This document shows positions 1-11,279 of a stretch of 64,000 bases of DNA, piece after piece; the stretch's first letter is position 1, and each line of letters opens with the position of its first letter. This DNA is from Chiloscyllium plagiosum. Taxonomy: Eukaryota. The stretch spans positions 85,290,580 to 85,354,579 of the forward strand of contig NC_057718.1 in the NCBI RefSeq assembly GCF_004010195.1. The letters run 5' to 3'. A program made the translations under genes and the position numbers. The notes beneath the pieces were generated by a model. It had not been told where the DNA came from and made no database searches. It saw only the letters and a list, made by a program, of their open reading frames with translations.

Positions 1-429
1 CACATTTTCAGCTATGAAATTCTAAGTCTACATTGAGGACATCCTTTAATGTGACACTATCAGCATGCTAATTGGATTGATTCAGAACCGATATACTACC
101 TCAACATTGGGAAATCAGGACAGTTTGCTATTTCACTATATTCAACCACAATCCATAAACAACTTCACTCACTCTGATACCACCATCAAATCAGGGTACT
201 GAACCCTGGTTCAAAAAGAAACGTAGTGAGGATGCTAGGAGCATGTGTGATACATATATTATAAATCCAATTCTCTTTTCAATATTACTGCGTTGAATCT
301 GCGTCCTCCATCTCTTCAACCAGTTCATTTCAAATCATTATGCCAGCTGCATAAGACCTTTCACTTCATTACTCCTGCTTCTTTTCCCAAAATACCTTCA
401 ATTTGTCCCCTCTTTTGTAATAATTAAGA

Positions 430-1455
430 GAACAGAGATCGAGAACACACACTGGATTATCAACACCAAGCTCACCAGGATCAAATTTATGAGAGAGGAG
501 GAAACCAACCAATTCCAATTCCCATTCCTGGATGTGATGGTAGAATGAACACAGAATGGTGAATGAACAAAAGTGTACAGAAAATCCACACACACAGATC
601 AGATCCTGAACTACAACAGCAACCACCCAAACACACACAAGAGAAGCTGCATTAGGACCCTGTTCAAAAGGGCTACAACAAACTGCAGCACTCCCTGCTT
701 GCAAAAAGAGGAAGAACACCTCTACAAAGTCTTCGCCAAGAATGGATATCCCCGCAACTTTATCCATAGATGCTTAATAGACAAATAATGCAACAAGGAT
801 GTGCCATGACCTAACACACTAGCCAAGCTAGCTTATGTAAAAAAAACCACTCATGGAACTAATAGCCTGACTTCTCCAACCAGATTCATGACAGCCCATA
901 AACTGACAGCCATGCTCAGACAACAACTCACCAAAACAAAAGACCCACTACCCATCATATGCAAAACAAATGTAGCTTACAAGATTCCATGCAAAGATTG
1001 CATGAAACACTATATAAAACAAACAGGCAGACAACTAGCAATCCGCAATCGTCAATAAGCCACGAAACATAATGACCAGCTATCCCTAGTAGCCATACGT
1101 ATGAATGACAAGGACGACAAATTTGACTGGGACAAACAATAATAGGACAAACTAAACAGAGGACAGCCGGATAATTTCGAGAAGCATGGCAGTCATCCAT
1201 GGACTCCAATAAATACATTGTAGTGGTATATTGGGTCTCGGTCATGAATAACCAAAACGAGCAACCTGAAGCAGCAGGAACAGAACTAAATGAATTCCAG
1301 AAGACAGTACAGCAGCACTTCACAGGAGGCTCTAACGCATTTAAGATGTCACCTAGACAGGGGACAAAATGTCTGCAAATCAACTTCCCAGCTCAGCGAA
1401 CATACCCACAACTGCAGCAACCGGCACTTGAGCTACAAATCTTTACATAACCCTT
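430..1455 (+). mobile_element. Penelope-like retroelement (Poseidon-like), 3' part, decayed
   Basis: RT thumb FPFLDV...VYRKSTHTDQILNYNSNHPNTHKRSCIRTLFKRA...FAKNGYP (ORF 573-788), then GIY-YIG remnant NVAYKIPCKDC...YI.QTGRQL (~965-1045). Terminal repeat has a degenerate hammerhead near 1338-1376. Confidence 0.85.
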
Positions 1456-2113
1456 GATCTGTCCCTTCTGGTTATCGACCGTCCTGCCAGTCTAAACAGC
1501 TTCGGATTATTTACTACTTTAAAACCTAGTATACCAGCGAACATCCCTATTAAATTTCCTTTTATTCTAGTCAAAGAACAATGAAGCTGCTATATATAAT
1601 CTCGCTACGAAACTCAAATCCCTTAACCTTGGTCTTCTTCTAGCACAGAATTGGACGTAGACAACATTCTGGCCGACATCTAACCAAAAATTCATAATTT
1701 GGAGGTTAGAATGGGGTGGGCAAAGTTAAAAATCAGGTAATAGCCCAAAGGCTTATTTGCAAGTACAAACTTTCAGAGTGCTGCTCCTTCATCAGGTAGT
1801 TGTGAAGTGGGATCATAAGGCAGAATTTATAGCAAAGGATTACAGTGTCATACAACTGAAATGATATATTGAAAAATCTAGATTTTTGTTAAGTCTCTCA
1901 TCTTTTAGAATGGATTACAGGTTTCACTTCATTAATATGTAAATCCCAGAACTTCTTTTAAGTCACATTCTCAAGATAAGTTAAGGTTTTATTTTAGAAA
2001 GTGACATCTCAGCTCAGCCAATGCATTAAGGGTGACAGGCATGGGTTGCAACCGATAGGGTACCCTTCGTTGTCCACTACTTCCCGAGAGCTGAAAAACT
2101 ACGCATGTTCTTC

Positions 2114-2321
2114 ACAGAAAAATGTGTTGCTGGAAAAGCGCAAGTCAGGCAGCATCCAAGGAGCAAGAGAATTGACGTTTCGGGCATAAGCCCTTCTTCA
2201 GGAATCATTATGCCCGAAACATTGATTCTCCTGCTCCTTGGATGCTGCCTGACCTGCTGCACTTTTCCATCAACACATTTTTCAGCTCTGATCTCTAGCA
2301 TCTGCAGTCCTCACTTTCGCT
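2114..2321. mobile_element. Palindromic Penelope-derived mini-element (family A) with hammerhead
   Basis: Two opposed pseudo-LTR halves. 9-bp TSD ATGTTCTTC at 2105-2113 and 2322-2330. Minus-strand CTGAAGA-A-GGGC-TTAT-GCCC-GAAACGTC at 2201-2174. Confidence 0.85.
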
Positions 2322-2794
2322 ATGTTCTTCGCAGCCTGGAACACATTACCGATGAGGGTGAACACATTGCCAAGACCTTCCCTACACCTCCACTTTTCGC
2401 CCTTAATAAAACCACCAAACCTTAAACGGATCATTGCTCGCAGCAAACTGCCTGGCTTTCAGGACATCAACCACAACACCATACAACCCTGCCATGGCAA
2501 ACACTGGAAGGCAAATACAGTGTCAGAGTGTTGACACAGATACCACCATTAAATGTGAGGACACCACACACCATGTATAAGGCAGGTACTTGTGTGACTC
2601 AGCCAACATGGTCTCTCATATGCTGCAGGCCAGGAGCCCCAAGTCATGGTACATTGGCGAGACCAAGCAGACACCACACAGCGGATGAATGGACACCGTG
2701 CAACAGTCTCCAGACAGGGGTGTCCATCCCAGTCAGGGAACTCTCCAGCAGTCGTGGACATTCAGCCTCTGATCTTCGGGTAACCATCCTCCAA

Positions 2795-3126
2795 GGCATG
2801 GTTGCTTAGTGGTTGCACTGCTGCCTCACTGCGCCAGGGACCCAGGTTCAATTCCTGTCTCAGACAACTGTGTGTGGAGTTTGCACAGTCTCCCTGTGTC
2901 TGTGGATTTTTTCTGGGTGCTACGGTTTCCTCCCACATTCCTAAGATGTGCAGGTTAAGTGGATTGGCTATGCTAAATTGCCTATAGTGTTCAGGGATAT
3001 GTAGGCTAGGTGTATTAGTCGGGGGTAAATATAGGGTAGGGGGAATAGGTTTGGATGTGTTACTCTTCATAGGGTCGGTGTGCACTTGTTGGCTGAAAGG
3101 CCAGTTTCCACACTGTAGGGATTCTG
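2795..3126 (+). mobile_element. HE1 V-SINE
   Basis: tRNA-like A/B boxes, V-domain TGTGTGGAGTTTGCAC..., and CR1/HER1-type tail ...TTTCCACACTGTAGGGATTCT. Confidence 0.9.
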
Positions 3127-4306
3127 TCAGATAGACTTCGGGATAGGCAACAACACAAAGTGATTGAGAAGAGGCTGATAGCCAAGTTCGGTACCTTGCA
3201 GGTGACCCCACTACACTAAACATTCTCTCTCACACACAGAATAAATGTTCACACAGACCCTCTCTCATACACATACGCCCCCTTACACAGGCTTACACCC
3301 CATCACACTCACTTTACCAAGCTTGCACACACAGAAACACACACACACATTCCCCTGAACATGCAAATACACAAGTCTATATTGGGTGAATTTGTATTTG
3401 CAGACACATTCTATTTTGCTTAAAAAATGCAATCTGCAGGCAGTCAATCCATGTAATATTTTGTGAATTCTACTTTGGAAATAGAACCAGTCTGACTCAA
3501 GATTGGAATACAGATTCTAACCTCACACCTTTAATGCATTGTCTGAGCTGAGATGACAGCTTTTTTTTAATAAAACCTTAAGTTATCTCGAGAATGTGAC
3601 TTAAAAGTAGTTCTGGAATATAATTATTAATGAACCGAAACCTGCAACCCACTCTAAAAGATGAGATTTAATAACAATATAGGTTTGTTCAATATATCAT
3701 TTCAGTCGCATGATATTGTAATTTTTTTGCTATAAATTCTGTGTATTATGGTCCTGCTTCACAGCTACATGAAGAAGGAGTAGTGCTCCGAAAGCTAATA
3801 CTTCCAAATAAACCCGTTGATTATAAGCTGGTGTTGTGTGATTTTTAACAATAATTTATGAAGATTTAGCATCAGGACTCAAAGTACATAGGGAGGGGTT
3901 GGTGCAGCAAATTTGTTCCCAAAAGCCCTTAAAACATCTGGGATATTTTAATCATGTGGGGTGGCCAGAGAGAAGTCATCCCCATACCCAGAATAGAGAA
4001 TCTTAGAGAAGTAGTTTATCCAGAGATCCTGTGTCTCTCCAGCTCCTTCGATAATACGTTGCCTCTCTCCTGCCTTGCCCTGCTTAATGTAATTTCCCTA
4101 TACCTGTACTCTGAACCTTTAATTCTAAAGCTATGAATGCCATGTTTTTGTTTAAAAAAGCAACTGCAACATGCCCTATCACTTTCAAAGATTTATCTAT
4201 ATTGTAACAATTATGAGGTTTAAAACACTGCTATATTATGGGGCTCTAATGTTAAGGTAAAGGAAAGAAAGGAGTCATGTGACCATGTTGGAATCTGATT
4301 CACAGC

Positions 4307-4477
4307 TTGAAAACAATAAATGCTGGAGATCAGAGGGTCAGACAGCATCCATGGTAAGACAGCAAGCTAACGTCTCGAGTCTACTTGAAGAGTTGTCTAG
4401 ATTCAAAATGTTAGCTTGTTCTCTACTCTCCATGAGTGCTTTCTGACCCTCAGATCTCCAGTATTTGTTGTTTTCAG
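4307..4477. mobile_element. Palindromic Penelope-derived mini-element (family C), decayed
   Basis: Arms TGAAAACAATAAATGCTGGAGATC... and ...GATCTCCAGTATTTGTTGTTTTCAG are inverted, with a degenerate hammerhead-like centre. Confidence 0.65.
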
Positions 4478-4675
4478 TACCAATTCCGGCATATGAAGTA
4501 ATTTGCTCTCACAGTAAGCCTCCATCCTCAAATGCCCTCAAGCATGAGTTGGTGAACTGCATTTTTAAAGTGTGTGGTGTGGGTACACCCATGGAGTTCT
4601 GGGATTCTCGACCCAATAATCTCAGTCTCCCAAAGTGAGAAAGATGTTTATGGACATTAAGTTGTAAACAGATCT

Positions 4676-5021
4676 TTTTATTCATTCACAGGATGAGGGT
4701 ATCGCCAGCTAGCCAGCATTCATTGTCTACCCCTAAGTTAAGAGTCAACCACATAGCTGTGGGCCTGGAGTCACACGCAGGCCAGACCAAGTAAGGACAG
4801 CAGTTTCCTTCCCTAAAGGACATTAGGGGACCAGATGGGTTTTTCCGACAATCGACAATGGTTTTGTGGTCATTGTTAGACTATTAATTCCAGATTTTTT
4901 TTAATGTTATTGAATTCAATTCCACCCATTTGCCATGGCAGGATTCTAATATGGTCTCCAGAACGTTACCTGGATTCTGGGTTAACAGTCCAGTGATAAT
5001 GCCACTCGGCCCTCACCTCCC
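4676..5021 (-). mobile_element. tRNA-headed SINE sharing head/core and 3' tail with LINE family B
   Basis: Minus strand has A-box GGCCGAGTGG, core AAAAACCCATCTGG...CCTTTAGGGAAGGAAA...GTGACTCCAG, and tail AATGCTGGC...ATCCTGTGAATGAATAAAAA matching the LINE ends at ~24180-24240 and ~33683-33735. Confidence 0.75.
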
Positions 5022-5150
5022 CATACAGCATTATTACTCAAACTACAGTTACTAATTGCAATTAAAAAGTATTGGAGCAGGGGTCATGTTTCTCAGTATC
5101 AGTTTCCACATCTCAGCAATTTTGCAAAGTAGCTGGAAACAAATACCTAC

Positions 5151-5370
5151 CATTTGGCAACTTGGTAAACTTGAAGACATGAATGCGTGTCCCAGTACTG
5201 CCAGCATCAAACATAATTCCATAGAAGTCTTGAGGCACAGGTTGTCCAAGTGCTGCCTGAATGCCAAATCCGAGCCCATTTTGTGTTCTTTGAAAAGGTC
5301 GCTTTTGATACACATATATTAATATGCATACGAAAAGGACAAACACATATGCAACTTTTGGTACCTTCAT
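5151..5370 (-). CDS. ENTPD6: Ectonucleoside triphosphate diphosphohydrolase 6, first coding exon (CDS continues beyond the window start)
   Basis: MKVPKVAYVFVLFVCILIYV resembles the human ENTPD6 signal anchor RVAKVAYPLGLCVGVFIYV, followed by apyrase ACR1 FYGIMFDAGSTGTRIHVFKF. ATG at 5370 in GCCATGA context, with an alternative in-frame ATG at 5382. Phase-1 donor G|GTAGGT after 5151. Acceptor TTTTATTACAG| before 5441. Confidence 0.92.
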
Positions 5371-6459
5371 GGCTCCCAACATTTAAAATCATTTTTTTTG
5401 GCTGCAGATTCAAGCACAATTTGCACAACTCATTGTAGAATCTGTAATAAAAGTTAGTTTAAATAATTAACCAGTTTCAAATATTTAAGACATTTTCTCA
5501 AGCTGGACAGCGAAAGTTTTCTTGCTTTTTAATCAGCAGTGCATAGCCTTGCAAAATTCTCAAAGTAGCAAAATTTAAAACCAAACAAATCCAGGTAATC
5601 AATGCTGGATTAATTGTAACATGTACTAAAATTCAGTATAATGCTGCACTGCTGAGGCAGAGTGGGACCAATAACCGAAATGACCCTTTCAAAAGTTGAT
5701 GTTACACCCTTTATCTGTTCTGACACATATGTGACACCAGTCTTAGAGGCTAGTTGACTCTGAAGGGACATGGCAACTTACTCAGCCTTAGAAGGAAAAC
5801 TTCTGATGGGCAATTAATGTGAGCTTTGCCAGCAACATCCACATCAAAAGAATGGGTAAAGAACAAAAAAACGATTTGGCCCAGCACACGCAAAACTCAT
5901 ACCAAACTGTGTTCAGCATTCGCAAATGTGAATGAAAATGACAATTTTATAGTCTTTGGCTTCTCTTTAGCAGGGTGGGGGGGAGAGGTGTATTTTCTAA
6001 TCTATTTATAATGCCTGGTTGAAACATTGAAAATAGCAATAGGTCAGTGGATCAGGGCTACTTTGAAGTTCCATTGGATCATAACTGGTCAGTCTCATTA
6101 TTATTTTCCTGCAATATCCCTATATCGCTTTTTACCTTAATCTAGAAATCCATTAATTTTTGAGATGAGGAATACACTTAGTGAGCCTCCTCAACCCTCC
6201 AGTGTAGACAATTCCAAAGAGTCGCATTTAGAGGAAAGAAATTCCTCATTTCAATCCTAAACAGACTACCCCTTATTCGAGATTGTCTCCCCCTGGTTTT
6301 AGCACCATCGACAGTAGATAATTCTTCCATCATGTGCCCCGTCGAGCCCTGTAAGAATCTCTTGTATGCTTCAACTAGATCACTGGTGTAAGCCTAAAGT
6401 ACAAGACATATTTAAATAACAAGCAAACAACTTGAAAATTACATTGCTATTTTGGCTGC

Positions 6460-6935
6460 TGGTAGTATCTTGTGTGAGAATCAGAAAGTTCTGTTTTCGA
6501 GTATCATACCAGCCATCTGATTACTAAATCTAAGTTGAAACTCTGGTGCCACAGTGAAGGAATCCTATTGTTAGAGATGCCATCTTTCAAAAGACATGTT
6601 CCCCAAAGAGGAAATTGATATTCTTCATATAATCTGGATTACAATTGATTTTTATTTGAGGGACCAATATTGACCATGTAGAATGATTCGCTTTATTTTG
6701 AACCAGTACCATGGAAACCTCCACATCCACCTAAGTGGGTGGGGGGGGGGGAAGAATCTGTGACTCGGTTAACATCTCAAGTGAAAAACAACACCTCAGA
6801 CAGTGTAACACTTCAATCATCCTATCTAATAGCGTGTCATCTAGATTATATGCTCAAGTCTATGGAGTGGCACTACAACCTTCAATTTACTGCCCAGTCT
6901 TCTGATTCACTCATCACTGAATCAAGGATGACATA
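6460..6935. mobile_element. Two opposed DeuSINE (SacSINE1/AmnSINE-like) remnants
   Basis: Deu-domain-like GAGATGCCATCTTTC on + (~6575), and on the minus copy CTCGGTTAACATCTCA...ACCTCAGACAGTG...TATGCTCAAGTC. Confidence 0.6.
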
Positions 6936-7059
6936 ATTGTTTCCAAGGCAGAAAATTATGCAGAGCTACAGAACAAAATAAGTTATACTAATAGATTGCT
7001 TTTTCATGGTGAGTCAGAGGATGCATTATTGGAACATGCATTATGTCATTGTGTGGAGT

Positions 7060-7420
7060 GCGGGAGAGAGGGAGATTGGGGCGGGGAGGGTGCACATTGA
7101 AATTCCGGGAGCAGGGACTGACAGGGTGAGTGGGCAGTGGGCGGGCGGTTAAACCCGGTGCAGGAGGAGCGGCCTCCTTCGACGCTGAGACCGCGGACTT
7201 GAGGAAACTTACCGAAGCGGCTCCGTCCATCACCCAAGATCCGCCAAGCGCCGACCGCCATCGACACTCAGCGTCAGCTGTTTGGAGACGCTCGTCCCCG
7301 CGGGATCGGCCCCGCGCACCCAGCTGCTGCTGCGCGGGATTGGACTGGGTGCGCGCGCGCTCGCACACAATATGCTCCAAGTTGCCTCGAGCTCCCCCAC
7401 AGCGCATGCGAACTGGGTTC
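7060..7420 (-). promoter_or_regulatory. ENTPD6: CpG-island promoter of ENTPD6
   Basis: The only CpG-dense non-repeat tract in the window. NRF1-like GCGCATGCG at 7402-7410, (GC)5 at 7351-7360, GC boxes GGGGCGGGG (~7078) and GGGCGGGCGG (~7139), and YY1-like GATGGCGG on minus at ~7262. Confidence 0.8.
7213..7390 (-). other. ENTPD6: Probable non-coding exon 1 of ENTPD6 (TSS position uncertain)
   Basis: Consensus donor TCG|GTAAGT (intron starts at 7212) inside the CpG island, 1.8 kb upstream of the coding exon acceptor. Confidence 0.7.
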
Positions 7421-7463
7421 AGTTAAAATGGGTTTAGTGCATTTGGGGTGTGGGTGAGAGTGA

Positions 7464-7556
7464 GAATTCCTGATGAAGGGCTTTTGGCCGAAGCGTCGAT
7501 TTTACTGCTCCTCGGATGCTGCCTGAACTGTGTGCTCTTCCAGCACCACTAATCCA
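7464..7556 (+). mobile_element. Solo Penelope pseudo-LTR (family A) with mutated hammerhead
   Basis: CTGATGA (7470) AGGGCTTTTGGCC GAAGCGTC followed by the family tail CTGCTCCTCGGATGCTGCCTGA. Confidence 0.8.
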
Positions 7557-7653
7557 TGAAAGGAAATCTGTAATGGGTGGGGGGAGGTTAGCTGCCAGTT
7601 GCTCTTGCAGCATCCTGAGATCTTCCACAGTGCTGTGCCCCTCTGTATAACGT

Positions 7654-8420
7654 CATAAGACGTAGGAGTGGAAATATGGTCATTCGGCCCATCGCGTCTA
7701 CTCTGCCATTTAATCATGGCTGATTTTAGATTCCCTACAGTGTGGCCCAACCAGTCCACACTGACCCTCCGAAGAGTAACCCCACCCAGACCCATTACCC
7801 TCTGACTACTGCACTGAACACTATGGGCAATTTAACATGGCCAATTCACCTGACCTGCACATCTTTGGACTGAGGGAGGAAACTGGAGCACCTAGAATCG
7901 AACCTAGGACTCTGGTGCAGTGAGGCAGCAGTGCTAACCACTGAGCCACCATGTTGCCCCTGATGGGCATTTGAACTCCACTTACTCACACTCACCCCAT
8001 AGCCCTTAATTCCTTGCGAGATTAAGAATTTATCAATCTCTGCCTTGAAGACATTTAACATCCCGGCCTCCACTGCCCTCCATGGCAATTAATTCCACAG
8101 GCCCACCAGTCTCTGGCTGAAGAAATATTTCTGTTCTAAATTGACCCCTCTAATTTGCCCACGTGTCCTAGACTCCCCAACTAATAGAAACAACTTCCCA
8201 GCATCCACCCTTTCTAAGCTATGCATTATCTTGTAAGTTTCTGTTAGATCTCCCCTCAACCTTCTAAACTCTAAAAAATACTGTCCCAGGATCCTCAGCC
8301 GTTCATCGTATGTTAGGCCTACCATTCCAGGGATCATCTGTGTGAATCTCCGCTGGACACGCTGCAGTGCCAGTGTGTCCTTCCTGAGGTGTGAGGCCCA
8401 AAATTGGACACAGTATTATA
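7654..8420 (-). mobile_element. CR1-type LINE 3' fragment, interrupted by HE1
   Basis: MIPGMVGLTYDERLRILGQYFLEFRRLRGDLTETYKIM...SRTRG...FFSQRLVGLWN is a typical CR1 ORF2 C-terminus. The tail resumes at 7654-7723. Confidence 0.9.
7724..7959 (-). mobile_element. HE1 V-SINE with internal deletion
   Basis: Head GGGGCAACATGGTGGCTCAGTGGTTAGCACTG and tail ACACTGTAGGGAATCTA. The V-domain is partly missing. Confidence 0.88.
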
Positions 8421-8422
8421 AA

Positions 8423-9990
8423 TGGGGCCTAGTAACATTAGAAGAGTTTTAAATATGGTACAAACCTGCCAGCAAGGAGCGATACTGAGATTAGTTGTCT
8501 CCCTAGATGTAAAGAAGGCATTCGATCAGGTAGAATGGCCATATCTCTTTTATACTTTGGAACGGTTCGGTGTTGGAGAGGTCTTTTCTAAATGGGTTCC
8601 AGTATTACATAATGACCCCAAAGCAACGGTGATTACTAATGGTGTAAGTTCAGATAGCTTTAGTGTTGGCAGAGGTTGTTGTCAGGGATACCCTCTCTCA
8701 CCACTATTATTTACGTTAGTGATTGAGCAGCTGGCAGAAGCTATACGAACTGACCCTAATATAACGGCCCCAGAGGTTGGATCGGGTAAGCATAAAATCA
8801 CTCTCTACGTGGATGATGTCCTTCTTTTCCTAGATGACCCATTGACATCTGTGCCCTGCTTAATTCAAGTGGTTAACTTATTTGGTATGTTCTCAGGTGA
8901 CAAAATCAATTTTATGAAATCAGAGGCCATGCCACTTGGAGGTCTTACCAGCATATCCAATTTTCCAGATGGACCCCGCTTCCCCTTTCGGTGGCCACTG
9001 GGAGGTCTTCTTTACTTAGGTATTTATTACTCCGATATTTGGTCAGCTATATAAAGCTAACTATACACACTTATTAGAGAAAATAAGGCAGGACCTTCAA
9101 CCCTGGGAAGATCTCCCGATACTTGGCTAGGAAGAATAGCTTTGGTTAAGATTAATATTCTACCTCACCTTTTTTACCGAGACAGGTGCTGCGTATGTTC
9201 TATGGTTGGCTTGGCTCCTTTATTTGGAGTCATAGATGGCCCCTTATTAAATTAGATAACTGCAGCTCTCACAAGTAAGGGGTGAGCTGGATTTTCCAGA
9301 TTTCAGGAGGTACCAGTTGAGCTGTCTGTTATCTTATGTAGCTGACTGGGTCTCCTGTGACCCACAATCAATCTGTTTAGATATTGAGGCCGGCCAGGTA
9401 AAATGTCCCCTCATCAATCTACTATTCATGGATAAGATGAGAGTCATTACGGATCATTGTAAAAATCGCGTTGTATTAAATACAATCAAAGCTTGGAGGA
9501 TGATGCAACAGGATGATGGTATTCTACAAAAAACCTCCCCTTTTACCTCTATAGTGGGAGTGTTGGGATTTCAGCCAGGCTTGATTGATGCTGGATTTAA
9601 AATCTGGGAGTCCAGAGGTATCTCCTGATTGGGAGATCTGTTCGATGGGGAGGTCTTGATGTCCTTCGAACAGTTACGTCAGAAGTTCGAGTTGACCAGC
9701 AAAGACCTTTTTCGCTATTTTCAAATACAAGACTTTATACAAAAGAAGACCACATTGATGATTAATCCTGATAAGTCGGATATGGAAAGAAGAGTGCTTT
9801 GGCCGATGGGTACGTCCTCAGTCAGTACTCTCTACCACTTGTTATGTAATAAGGTATCAAAGGACATGGAGCGGTTATATAAATCCTGGAATCAAGAATT
9901 GGGGATAGAAATCTCCTTAGAGATGTGGGAGGATGTCTGGGAAAATGATAGGAAGATCTCTATCTGTAATAGAACTCAGGTTATTCAATT
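8423..9990 (+). mobile_element. L1-clade LINE ORF2 fragment (RT and C-terminal region), truncated at both ends
   Basis: SLDVKKAFDQVEW, RGCCQGYPLSPLLF and LYVDD motifs. Colinear with 17560-19070 of the full-length L1. Confidence 0.92.
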
Positions 9991-10034
9991 GTTCTCTGAC
10001 AGTTTTGTTTTAAAAAAAGGAATTTGTCATCTCC

Positions 10035-10340
10035 CACCTCTCACAGAGCCCTACCCCTCACAGAGCCCTACCCCTCACAGAGCTCCTACCCCTCACAGAT
10101 GTCTACCCTTCACAGACCTCCTACCCCTCACAGATGTCTACCCCTCACAGACCTCCTACCCCTCACAGACCCCTAACCCTCACAGAGTTCCTACCCTTCA
10201 CAGAGCCCCTACCTTCATAGACCCTCACCCTCACAGATCCCCTACACGTCACAGACCCCTACCCCTCACAGAGCCTTACCTCTCACAGAGCCATTCCATC
10301 TAACAGTTCTCATCCCTCACAAAGCCTATTCCTCACAAAC
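10035..10340. repeat. 17-bp minisatellite (CCTCACAGAGCCCTACC)n followed by C/T-rich low-complexity DNA
   Basis: Roughly 17-18 degenerate tandem units are visible. Confidence 0.9.
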
Positions 10341-10844
10341 CCTCTTTGCACTCATCCCCACCCCTTACACCTCACAGCACTCTCCCTTTTAGCTCCATTG
10401 CCCTCACAGACACCTCCCCCAAGGTATCCTCATTTTGTATCTGCCCTCTGACATTTCCTGCACCCTTCCCATCAGCTCTCTCCCCATATCACACGACCAT
10501 CACAGCTCCATGCTCTTCACATACCTCAGGCCCTGAAATGCTCACCCATCCATCTCTCTCCTTGTCCTCTCCCTCACTGACCCCACTTCCTCATCAGCCC
10601 CCATGTGCCTCTTCCCAAATCCTCACATCACTCATCCCGTCAAATACCACTCCCTTTATGTCCCTCCTCCACCTCCTTCCTCACATCATCCTCCCCCTTC
10701 ATATCTCCCCACATCTATTATGCCTCTCCCTCACATCTATCTCCCTCCTACTCGGGTCACTCCATGTTGTTTGAATGTCCATCACCATTCATGATGGGAT
10801 ATAGCAAGACAGCAGAGCTGAAGGAATGCGACTTAGAAGGTAGG

Positions 10845-11250
10845 TGGTGCCATGGTAGTAATGTCACTTACTAGGTTAATGTTCTCGGAGCACAGATTCA
10901 AGTTCCATTTAAATCCCGTAAAAATTTGGAATGACAAAGTAGTCTAATGGCAACAGTGTAACCATTGCTGATTGTATGATTAAATGAGTGTGACTATGTC
11001 AGGCTGTTGAATGGGACACTCTCCGAATTTTGGCACAGGTTCCCAAATATTAGTAAGGATGATTATGCACAATTGATAGGGTTGTGTGTGCAATTGGTAT
11101 TTCCAATGCTTTGATTGATCCTGAGTGGCTTGTCTGATTTCATTCCTTTTATCAGACTTTGTAGTAGTTAGATACAGCTGAGTGGCTTGCTGGACCATTC
11201 AGAGGGCACATTGCATGTCTATCACATGTAGATCATATCAGATAAGGATT
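10845..11250. mobile_element. LINE family B 5' region, rearranged (head on +, endonuclease start on -)
   Basis: tRNA-like head at 10845-10975 (+). Minus ORF ...ILTNIWEPVPKFGE...QQPDIVTL matches 20930-21000. Confidence 0.55.
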
Positions 11251-11279
11251 GTCTAAGGATAGCATCGTCACAGTTCTTA

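Larger units (their letters stand above)
1697..3849 (+). mobile_element. Penelope-like element (Neptune-like) with inverted terminal repeats
   Basis: 1697-2040 is the reverse complement of ~3520-3849. The body reads DRVPFVVHYFPRAEKLRHVLRSLEH...PPNLKRIIARSKLP plus a GIY-YIG remnant. It is interrupted by a hairpin mini-element (2114-2321) and an HE1 SINE. Confidence 0.8.

Noticed and set aside
5113..5150. C-terminal RYLFPATLQNC of the ENTPD6 ORF
   Set aside because: Intronic read-through past the G|GTAGGT donor.
1..5150. Next ENTPD6 exon (expected ...KPGLSAYAD)
   Set aside because: Not found by eye on the minus strand; it presumably lies left of the window.
5151..5370. ENTPD5 as the alternative identity
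   Set aside because: ACR1 is shared, but the KVAY...CILIYV signal anchor matches ENTPD6.
6988..7426. ORFs of 139, 73 and 98 aa over the CpG island
   Set aside because: GC-rich, stop-poor promoter DNA with no recognisable domain. The minus ORFs read through a perfect splice donor.
10035..10340. CRISPR-like array
   Set aside because: Contiguous 17-bp tandem units with no unique spacers, in a vertebrate genome.
9629..10874. 224-aa Pro/Thr/His-rich ORF and neighbouring ORFs as a novel protein
   Set aside because: L1 ORF2 remnant reading into a minisatellite and low-complexity DNA.
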